DNA from: an uncultured virus (IMG/VR IMGVR_UViG_3300010352_002076)
Taxonomy: Duplodnaviria > Heunggongvirae > Uroviricota > Caudoviricetes
Length of the DNA: 60,862 bases
IMG/VR virus record: IMGVR_UViG_3300010352_002076
Direction: 5' to 3' (one strand)
The notes beneath the pieces were generated by a model. The model was not told where the DNA came from, made no database searches, and was given only the letters and a program-made list of their open reading frames with translations. Below are positions 53,729 to 60,862 of the stretch, one piece after another. The position numbers and the translations under genes were made by a program. The stretch's first letter is position 1; every line of letters starts with the position of its first letter.

Positions 53729-56033
53729 GCGGGCTCCGGACGAAGTCGGAAAGGGGTCCCGGCGCAGCTGCCGGGATCTGGTTTCCGGGATCATCACTGG
53801 GTTGACTCAGAGTAAAGGCCGAGGTCACCGGGTCGAAGAACACCTGGTCCGGCGCCTTGAAGTAGTGACCGTCGTTGACCCATGCAGAACGTCCCGGGAA
53901 CGGCATGGTATCCTCGGTGCTGTTCGGGGCCCGGACATACTTCTCGATCCATTTCGGTCCGGTGCCCCGGGCGGCGCGCTGCCACCTCGTTTCGGGGAGC
54001 CCGTAGGCGACGACCCCGTAGTCCGGGGTGTCCATGAAGCTGAAGCCGTAGGTCGCGACACGCTGCCACAGCAGCGGCACATTGGCATTCAGGGTGGATT
54101 CGAGCTGGGCCTGGGGCGCCTTCGCGGCGGTCGCGAACGGCTTGAGCTGCTTGTTGATCTCGGCGACCATGGCAGTGATCTGTTCCGCCAGGGTCTGCTT
54201 CGTCACGGGATCCGTGCCGGCCTGACCTACGGTGGTCCCCAGGATCCCGTTCTTGGCGTAGACGCTGTCTCCAGAAACGATGGTCCCGTTGACCTGCGCG
54301 GTCCCCGTGGCCACCAGGGGCCCATCGACGACGACGTTGCCGCTGAACCACAGGGACTGTGTCAGCCCGGACATGCTGACCTGAATCACAGGGGTCGTCG
54401 ATGCCGCGGAGAACACCGTGACGCCCTGGACAACACGCGCCGCGATGGCGTCGGTATCGATCTGGACGCCTTGAGCCTTCACGGTCAGGGTCCCCTTGGA
54501 ACTCAGGCCCAGGGCCTGCTCCGCGGCGATGTAGGCCCCGGTCGCCGACTTCAGCACGATGCCGCCGACGCGGCCCGAGGCCCCGACCCCGGCTGCGGAG
54601 TCCAGCGCCTTGGACCGGGACTCCACGAGGACACCCTCGGAGCCACCGTCGTTGCCGCCGAGGAGGGAGAGCTGGCGCTCCGCCTTGATGTCGACCCGGC
54701 CGGTGTTCGCGGCGAGCTGCAGGGTGTCCTGCGCCCGCATCACGACGTTCCGGCCTGCGAGGACCTGGGAGGTCCCACCGGACACCAGGATGATGTCCCC
54801 AGGGGCGCTCAGGACGATGTTGGGGCCGCTGAGCATGATCTGGGCCTGGCCGCTGTTCTCGACGAGCACGGAGCCGTCGGGTAGCAAGGCGAAAGTGCTG
54901 CGCCCCACGAAGAACTTCTTGGTCCTGCCCTCGTCGTCGAGCCGGATCTCCACGGTCCGGGGCAGCTGGCCCCACATCTCCGCGGACACCGGCGGCGCCG
55001 CGGGCTGCACTGCGACACGGTCCGTGGACCACTGCTGCGGGACCCCGTCGACACCGCTGCGTGCCCAGTACCGCGTGATGCCGTCGATGATATCCCAGGC
55101 GGCCTGGGCATGGGTGCACGCCACGAGATCGCCGGTGACCTCGATCGGTGCCCGCGGGGACCCCAGGGCGGCACTGACCTGCGTCCTGTAGGCACCTTGG
55201 TCCACGGGGACCACTTCCTGGGGCAGATCGATGTCGACGACGCGCTGCAGGACCAGGGAGCCAGCAGTGGTCACAGCCAGGGTGCCATCGCTGCCGAGGA
55301 TCTCCTGGAACAGCGCGGGCCGCGGGGTCCCCTTGAGCCCGGGGCCCCCGACGTAGCGCTGCGACGCGTTGTGGATTGGGCCCGCGATGCCGAGCCGGCG
55401 CGGTGCCGCGTTCTCGGCGTCGACGGCCTCCGCGGCGGTCCACCAATCCCTGGTGGTGTGCTCCAGGGAGCTCCAGACCCGGTGCCGGTGATCCTCGGTC
55501 GCCAAGGTCTCCTGGTCGAGCTCGAGGCCACGGAGCCTGGTGAGCTGGGTGTCCGTGAAGAACTCGACCCCGGACATCGGCCCGGCACCCATGGCCGCCC
55601 TGAACATCTCGACGTTGGTGTAGGCCCCGAAGGGGGACAGCTTGCTCCATTCCCCGGCGACGAGATCCATGAAGCCGTCGATGCGGTGCTCCGTGGCGTT
55701 GATCCACGTGTTCCCGTTCAGCGCCTTGCGGAGCAGCCCCTTGTCGTAGTAGCCCGAGACCGGTGGATCCACGATGAATCGCGGCGTGAAGTTGTCGATC
55801 TCCGGCGAGGTCTGCGGCCGCACCGTGGCGAGCACGACGCCGGGGTAGACACCTTCGCCGAGCCTGACAACGACTTGGGTGCCGGCGGCGAGGCCACCGC
55901 TCTCCCGGACCCCGAGGCCCACAGAGCTCTGCCCGTTGTAGACGAACCAGGCGTCGAAGCCGGACCCCTGGACCCGGCAGATCCCGGCGCCAGGGATTGA
56001 GGTCACGACACGACCCTGCATGAGATCAGCCAT
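53721..56033 (-). CDS. central spike protein (gp5/gpV/VgrG-like)
   Basis: N-terminal OB-like GRVV...GTQVVV; beta-helix-like DGSVLVEN...IVLSAPGDIIL..G repeats. Confidence 0.7.
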   Translation of the reverse strand: MADLMQGRVVTSIPGAGICRVQGSGFDAWFVYNGQSSVGLGVRESGGLAAGTQVVVRLGEGVYPGVVLATVRPQTSPEIDNFTPRFIVDPPVSGYYDKGLLRKALNGNTWINATEHRIDGFMDLVAGEWSKLSPFGAYTNVEMFRAAMGAGPMSGVEFFTDTQLTRLRGLELDQETLATEDHRHRVWSSLEHTTRDWWTAAEAVDAENAAPRRLGIAGPIHNASQRYVGGPGLKGTPRPALFQEILGSDGTLAVTTAGSLVLQRVVDIDLPQEVVPVDQGAYRTQVSAALGSPRAPIEVTGDLVACTHAQAAWDIIDGITRYWARSGVDGVPQQWSTDRVAVQPAAPPVSAEMWGQLPRTVEIRLDDEGRTKKFFVGRSTFALLPDGSVLVENSGQAQIMLSGPNIVLSAPGDIILVSGGTSQVLAGRNVVMRAQDTLQLAANTGRVDIKAERQLSLLGGNDGGSEGVLVESRSKALDSAAGVGASGRVGGIVLKSATGAYIAAEQALGLSSKGTLTVKAQGVQIDTDAIAARVVQGVTVFSAASTTPVIQVSMSGLTQSLWFSGNVVVDGPLVATGTAQVNGTIVSGDSVYAKNGILGTTVGQAGTDPVTKQTLAEQITAMVAEINKQLKPFATAAKAPQAQLESTLNANVPLLWQRVATYGFSFMDTPDYGVVAYGLPETRWQRAARGTGPKWIEKYVRAPNSTEDTMPFPGRSAWVNDGHYFKAPDQVFFDPVTSAFTLSQPSDDPGNQIPAAAPGPLSDFVRSPHA

Positions 56034-56061
56034 TGTGGGAAAACCATAACCTGGACCCAAC

Positions 56062-56100
56062 ATCAAACAACGACGCCGCCCCGGTTAGGGACGGCGTCGT
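56062..56100 (-). terminator. intrinsic terminator after tail tube gene
   Basis: ACGACGCCGTCCC-TAACC-GGGGCGGCGTCGT then TGTTTG. Confidence 0.7.
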
Positions 56101-56122
56101 GACCACGGGGCCCAGACCGGGA

Positions 56123-56629
56123 CTACTGGGCCGAGGTCGGGGAACCCTTGCTCATCGCAGCGAACATCATGCTGATCGAGGAGTTGATGATGAACTGGTT
56201 CGCGTCGGCACCGAAGGTGATGCCGTTGGCGATGACGCCCTGCAGGGTCAGGGAGAGGCCGCTCAGGGCCCCGGCGGTCTGGCCGTTGTTGACGATCTTG
56301 TTGCAGGCGTCGTTGGTGCTGCTCAGGGACACCGTGCGGGTCGCCACGGTGCAGAAGTCGGCGAGCTTGGTGGCGAGCTCGTCGATGAGCCCCTGGGGGC
56401 CCACGATGCGGGACATCTGGCCCTGACCCTCGGTCCTGCCCTCGATGTAGTACTGGGCCCGGGTGCCCAGCGCCCAGAACCGGGTGACCTGGCGCTGATA
56501 GCTCAGCTGGAGCTGCTGCACCAGGGCGCCCTCGAAGGCCAGGGTCCCGGCGTTCGCCACCGTCATCGAGAACTTGTTGCCGCGGAACGTGCCGCCCACC
56601 GATGCGTCGGTGCCGAAGATGTCAGCCAT
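56123..56629 (-). CDS. tail tube protein
   Basis: Follows sheath; LVQQLQLSYQRQVTRFWALG...YYIEGRTEG pattern; AAGGA RBS. Confidence 0.8.
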   Translation of the reverse strand: MADIFGTDASVGGTFRGNKFSMTVANAGTLAFEGALVQQLQLSYQRQVTRFWALGTRAQYYIEGRTEGQGQMSRIVGPQGLIDELATKLADFCTVATRTVSLSSTNDACNKIVNNGQTAGALSGLSLTLQGVIANGITFGADANQFIINSSISMMFAAMSKGSPTSAQ

Positions 56630-56669
56630 GGATGGAGTCCTTGATGCGAGAGGTTGAGGTGCGAAACGA

Positions 56670-59327
56670 TCAGACCACGAGGTCGAGCTCGCCGTTGTTC
56701 AGCGGGATCGGCAGGGAGCCGGTCACGCGGACCACGACGCGGTCCAGGAGCACGGCGTGGGGCCGGATGTACTCCAGGGTGCCATCGACGAGCTGGGGAC
56801 CGATCTGGACGACACCGCTGGGAGTGCCCAGGACGGTGAGGCCGTTGTTGATCGTGGCTTCGATCAGCTTCATGGCGCCCGCGACGACGTTGGCCCGGCC
56901 GATGTACGGCGCCAGGATGTCGAGGAGGTAGTAGCTGATGCTGTCCAGGTTCACCGTGGCGCTGTCCTCGGCCTTGCGGGTGTCGCTGAGATCCGTGGTG
57001 AGCTGCTTCCGGATGTAGACCACCCCGGTCGGGCTCTGGGTCACGATGTAGGCGCCGCTGTTCGCGAGGACGTCGAGCTGGTCCGCGAAGTCCACGGTGG
57101 CCTGGGACATATCATCCCAGTCCTGGACCTCGGCGTTGGTGAGGCCCTGCTGGGGCGCCGCGGCGCAGCGTTCCGCCGCCAGGCTGCAGGCCAGGAAGTA
57201 GCCCGGCACCTTGACGCCGCCGCGGCCCGGATCGGCCGGGAACGCGACGGTGACGCGGCGGTTCGCCAGGGCGCCCACGGCGGCTCCCCAGGTCGTGGCC
57301 TGCTCCGCAGTTGTGAGCGGGTGCCAGATCTCGTAGAGCGAGGCCGTGACGACCGGCAGCGGAACCGAGTTCAGCAGGACGACCTTCTGCTCCGAGACCA
57401 CGGTGTCGACGATGCCTTCCGAGTAGGTCAGGTTGCCGAAGCCGTCGTTGGTGTAGCCGTAGCGCAGGACGTCGCCGACCTTGGTACCCCAGGTGATGAA
57501 GCGAGCCGAGGCGTCGAACACGGTCTTGTAGGCCGAGCCGGCCAGGGGATCCGTGATCGTGGCGAGGTGCTGGACGCCCTGGACGCTCGCGGCGACCACA
57601 GCGGTCTCCGTGACGATGGGCTTCGCCAGCATCGTGGTGGCCCAGCGACCCTGCAGCGCGGTGCTGCGACGGTTCACTTCCGAGATCACTGCAGCCTGGA
57701 CGCCGGCGTCGTAGGTCAGCGGGACGATGCGGTAGAAGTCGGAGCGCTCCTTGAGCGTCGCGATGGCGCGCTGGTATCCGGCGAGGTCATCGCTGGCGAC
57801 CGGGAGCACCTTGACGACGAGCCCGCCAGCGTTGCTGATGGCGCGACGGACGCCGTAGGCCAGGCCGGCGTCGACATCGTCGGCACCGAGCAGGGCCTGG
57901 GCCCCGGCTTCGTCGCTGACATCCGCGACGACGTTGGCGATGGCGGTGTTCAGGGCGCGGGTCACCACTGTGGCTGCTGCGGTCTGCACCGCGAGGGCCA
58001 GGGCACCGGTCCTGGTGTTCGTCGAGGTGATCCCCGACTTCAGGGTGATCTGCGTCGCCGAGGTCTCCCAGTTCACCAGCGGGGCAGCGCCGACGCGGTT
58101 CCGGGGGACATCGATGTCGGAGACCAGGGCCAGTTCGACCTGGAAGCTGGTTGCCGCCGGGAAGTTCGTGGCATCGAGGCTGTCGGCGAGCACGAGATCG
58201 GTGTAGTCGTTGATCTTGGCGGCCGTGGCAGCCACGGTCCACTGATCCCCGTAGACCACGAGCTTGTTGCCGCCAGCGGAGGTCACGGTGCCCGTGATGC
58301 CCTTGGTGCCGAGCGGGAACGCCACGCTGATCGCGACGCGCCGCGGGATCCCGGCGTCGGAGGCATCGATGGCGACCGCGGTGAACTCGGGCTTGTCGGC
58401 GTCGGCCACGGCGGCGAGGTCGCCGCCCTTGGTCGCGGTGATGACGTAGGTCGTGTCGGCGACCCCGGCGTAGGTGCCGCCCGAGGTCAGCACCGCGGCG
58501 GTGTAGCCCTGGACCACGGTGACGGTGTAGACGTCGCCGGCGCGGAACCGGTTGTTGAGAGTGCCGCCGCTGAAGGTGATCGTGGCGCCGCGGCTGCCCA
58601 GGGGGAGCGTCGCGATGCTGAGGTCGATGTCGACCTGGGGGTCCGTGCCGGACGCCGAGGTGACGCGGCCCGTGGCCTGGGCGCCGCCGGCATCGCCGGT
58701 GAGCACGGTGAGGGTGTAGACCTCGGACATGACGCGCACGGCTTCACCGTGGTATGCGGTGCCTGAGGCGGCGGCCGAGGCGTCGCCGACATGGGTGCCG
58801 TTGACGACGGTCGCCGAGGCGACCTGGGTGCCGATGTTGCCGGCGGCCGCCGCGGCGGCGCCAGTGCTGGCCGCGGCCGGGGTGCCCGTGATGTCGACGA
58901 CTTCCGAGAGCTGGACCTGACCGCCGTTGGTGACGCGGACCCAGTCACCGATGACGACATCCACCGGGAGCAGACCGCTGCGGGGGTACCCGGGGTTGCT
59001 CTTCCAGTTCAGGGTCCCGTTCGACTTCCGGAGGTAGTTCGACTTCCCGGAGACGATCTGGATGCTGTTCGAGGTGGCCAGGTCAGCGTAGCGCTGTGCG
59101 GCGTCCTTGAAGGTGACCTCGGTGAACGCCTGATCCACGACGTCACCGGCGCCGCGATTCGGCCAGTTCACGGCGAGCTCAGCCGCAGCGTAGTTCGCCA
59201 GGGCGACATCGCGCTGGACCTTGTAGGCCGGCCCCACGATCAGGGCGCGGAGCGTCCGGGTCACGGCAGTGGCGGTGGCCTGGAAGATCTGATTGATCTC
59301 CCACTGGGGCAGGACTTGCTCGACCAT
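56670..59327 (-). CDS. tail sheath protein (885 aa)
   Basis: C-terminal QGLTN...YIRKQLTT...NLDSISY...PYIGRANV...PIPLNN sheath domain. Confidence 0.88.
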   Translation of the reverse strand: MVEQVLPQWEINQIFQATATAVTRTLRALIVGPAYKVQRDVALANYAAAELAVNWPNRGAGDVVDQAFTEVTFKDAAQRYADLATSNSIQIVSGKSNYLRKSNGTLNWKSNPGYPRSGLLPVDVVIGDWVRVTNGGQVQLSEVVDITGTPAAASTGAAAAAAGNIGTQVASATVVNGTHVGDASAAASGTAYHGEAVRVMSEVYTLTVLTGDAGGAQATGRVTSASGTDPQVDIDLSIATLPLGSRGATITFSGGTLNNRFRAGDVYTVTVVQGYTAAVLTSGGTYAGVADTTYVITATKGGDLAAVADADKPEFTAVAIDASDAGIPRRVAISVAFPLGTKGITGTVTSAGGNKLVVYGDQWTVAATAAKINDYTDLVLADSLDATNFPAATSFQVELALVSDIDVPRNRVGAAPLVNWETSATQITLKSGITSTNTRTGALALAVQTAAATVVTRALNTAIANVVADVSDEAGAQALLGADDVDAGLAYGVRRAISNAGGLVVKVLPVASDDLAGYQRAIATLKERSDFYRIVPLTYDAGVQAAVISEVNRRSTALQGRWATTMLAKPIVTETAVVAASVQGVQHLATITDPLAGSAYKTVFDASARFITWGTKVGDVLRYGYTNDGFGNLTYSEGIVDTVVSEQKVVLLNSVPLPVVTASLYEIWHPLTTAEQATTWGAAVGALANRRVTVAFPADPGRGGVKVPGYFLACSLAAERCAAAPQQGLTNAEVQDWDDMSQATVDFADQLDVLANSGAYIVTQSPTGVVYIRKQLTTDLSDTRKAEDSATVNLDSISYYLLDILAPYIGRANVVAGAMKLIEATINNGLTVLGTPSGVVQIGPQLVDGTLEYIRPHAVLLDRVVVRVTGSLPIPLNNGELDLVV

Positions 59328-59342
59328 CTGTGTCTTCCTCGA

Positions 59343-60113
59343 TCAGGTTGGGTGGATGCTAAGGGTCTTCAGGCGGGGTGCTAGTGGCTGCAGCGTCCAG
59401 GCGTATTCGTAGACCGCTGTGAGCTGGATCGGAACTGCGAGCTGGGTACCGGTCTCGGAGAGAGCGCCGACGGGGCCCATGCCTACGACCTGGAAGTCAT
59501 GGAACGGGAGTCGCTCCGTCATCATCGGCGACAGGTAGGACAGCGTGTCGAAGACCTCCGTTGCGAGGTCGTCTGCCTCACCAAGAACTTCGGTGATCGC
59601 GGTGATCGTGAACTGGACCTCGTGGAACCGGACGTAGCGCTGGAACCCGGTCAGCGCGGCGTCGGAGCCGCTGACCATGTTCTGGGTCTTGTCGTCCATT
59701 GAGACACGCTTGGATTGCAGGGCGCCACGGCTCACGACGAGTGCTGGGAGCTGCCCCGCGTTCTTCGCGTCGAAGTAGGCGTTTTGCACGATGCGGATCT
59801 TGGACTTCTGCGAGTTCTCGTTCCAGACGTACTGCTGCAGCTTGGGATCCATGATGAGTGCAGGATCAGCGAAATGGTTCTTCAGGATCCGGATCAGGAG
59901 CCCCGTGACGACACGGGGCGTCATGCCGACGCTGCACAGCGTGGAGGCCTCGTCGAGCCCGTGGCGCACCACGAAGACGCTGTCGCCGACCTCGAGCGTT
60001 GGCCGGCCATGCGGATTCTGGGGACCCGCGGCCGCGGCCTCCGGGAAGTTAACCTGCGGCTTGTCCTGCGTCGGCGGCAAGCAGGTCTCGTTGCCTTGAG
60101 TCGCGGAGCTCAT
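59343..60113 (-). CDS. tail terminator / neck protein
   Basis: Position upstream of sheath; LPALVVSRG motif. Confidence 0.6.
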   Translation of the reverse strand: MSSATQGNETCLPPTQDKPQVNFPEAAAAGPQNPHGRPTLEVGDSVFVVRHGLDEASTLCSVGMTPRVVTGLLIRILKNHFADPALIMDPKLQQYVWNENSQKSKIRIVQNAYFDAKNAGQLPALVVSRGALQSKRVSMDDKTQNMVSGSDAALTGFQRYVRFHEVQFTITAITEVLGEADDLATEVFDTLSYLSPMMTERLPFHDFQVVGMGPVGALSETGTQLAVPIQLTAVYEYAWTLQPLAPRLKTLSIHPT

Positions 60114-60307
60114 CGGAACTGGAACCTGGGTAGCACGGTGTGGATCGGCAGGGTGGAGGTCGAGATCTTCTCGGGTCCCGCGGCCTCCACAACACGGTCT
60201 CCGGCGCGGAGACCATCATGCGTCACGGGGACCAGGACCGGTGGCTCCGGCGAGACCGCTGGCCTCGGGGTCCCGGCGCGACGCAGTAGAATCGGGGCGT
60301 CAGCCAC
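60110..60307 (-). CDS. possible small protein (65 aa)
   Basis: GTG overlapping upstream stop; ATGA overlap downstream. Confidence 0.4.
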   Translation of the reverse strand: MADAPILLRRAGTPRPAVSPEPPVLVPVTHDGLRAGDRVVEAAGPEKISTSTLPIHTVLPRFQFR

Positions 60308-60862
60308 GAAGCGGAACCTGGTAAGCCGCGGAGGTCGCCGGGAGCTCGAGGAGCCGGAGCCCCAGAACGATGTCGACGCCGCGGTGCCTCGCGATCTTGT
60401 CGATGTCGCCCTGGATCTCGAACCTGGTCTCGGAGCCGGCCTGAACCCAGATGTCCTTGCCCTCGGGGGCTGGCCCGGCCAGGGCGCGCACCATCTCGAT
60501 GACAGCGGTCCTGGTGTCGCCCTGCTCCGAGAGCTTCGTGACGCGGCGTGTCGGCTGCTGGACGACCCAGTATTCCAGCGCGGCGTAGTAGCCACCGACA
60601 ACCCCGGTGCCGTAGCACACGGGGCAATGGGCGTCCGTGGGGACCCCCGTGTTCTGGTCCAGGCAGCGCGTGCAGCCCTCGCCGAACTGGCGCCGCTTCA
60701 GGAGCCAGCCCTTGGTGCCGCCGCCTCTGGCCTGGGCGTGGCCGTTGCGGACACCCTGGAGGAGCTGCTCCTTCCGGATGATCTCGCGGCACAGACGCCA
60801 GTCGTAGTGGTTCCAGGAGACGTCCCAGCTCACGGGGTGCGACCAGTACTCGACGCCGTCAC
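60300..60862 (-). CDS. head-closure/neck protein, 5' end beyond window
   Basis: Frame open to window edge; CTRC...CPVCYGTGVVGGYY motif seen in large-myovirus neck proteins. Confidence 0.6.
   Translation of the reverse strand, partial: DGVEYWSHPVSWDVSWNHYDWRLCREIIRKEQLLQGVRNGHAQARGGGTKGWLLKRRQFGEGCTRCLDQNTGVPTDAHCPVCYGTGVVGGYYAALEYWVVQQPTRRVTKLSEQGDTRTAVIEMVRALAGPAPEGKDIWVQAGSETRFEIQGDIDKIARHRGVDIVLGLRLLELPATSAAYQVPLRG

Noticed and set aside
46..60781. Many long ORFs antisense to called genes (e.g. 46-1311, 2494-4488, 31142-33496, 56757-58766)
   Set aside because: Shadow ORFs expected from high-GC codon bias; no motifs, and they overlap well-supported genes.
33532..60862. eCIS/T6SS/tailocin instead of phage tail
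   Set aside because: Terminase, neck protein and replication genes are in the same window, and there are no T6SS membrane or AAA components.
1..60862. CRISPR array, DGR/retron, integrase or IS element
   Set aside because: No regularly spaced repeats, reverse transcriptase motifs, recombinase or transposase seen by eye.

Overview
This window is a high-GC segment of a large contractile-tailed (myovirus-type) bacteriophage genome. I saw no host housekeeping genes, integrase, reverse transcriptase or CRISPR array. Left part (1-22 kb, almost all minus strand): a partial SF2 helicase, an HNH endonuclease with a small RHH protein, an SbcC/Rad50-like ATPase, about 35 tightly packed small hypothetical genes, an SbcD/Mre11-like nuclease, and a Zn-finger Rep-like protein next to an inverted/direct repeat. 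Middle part (22-33.5 kb): a lipoprotein, the terminase large subunit (+ strand), a degenerate RNase H-like protein, a Rho_N-domain protein, a PagP-like beta-barrel, a degenerate primase-like protein and several strongly structured intergenic regions. Right part (33.5-60.9 kb, minus strand): the tail operon, comprising neck, terminator, sheath, tube, spike, chaperones with a -1 slippery site, tape measure, hub, an embedded sigma factor, baseplate wedge and five tandem paralogous baseplate/fibre proteins. Two signals stand out as unexplained. (i) A 62-nt D-armless, CCA-ended tRNA-like element with His-like marks sits behind two hairpins in the leader of the PagP-like gene (28431-28580). (ii) A ~125-nt four-hairpin leader occurs twice with covarying stems and invariant loops (26892-27017 and 27748-27869), one copy ahead of the Rho_N protein gene. 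All protein calls come from motif recognition by eye and no searches were run. Several start codons were re-picked relative to the supplied ORF track.
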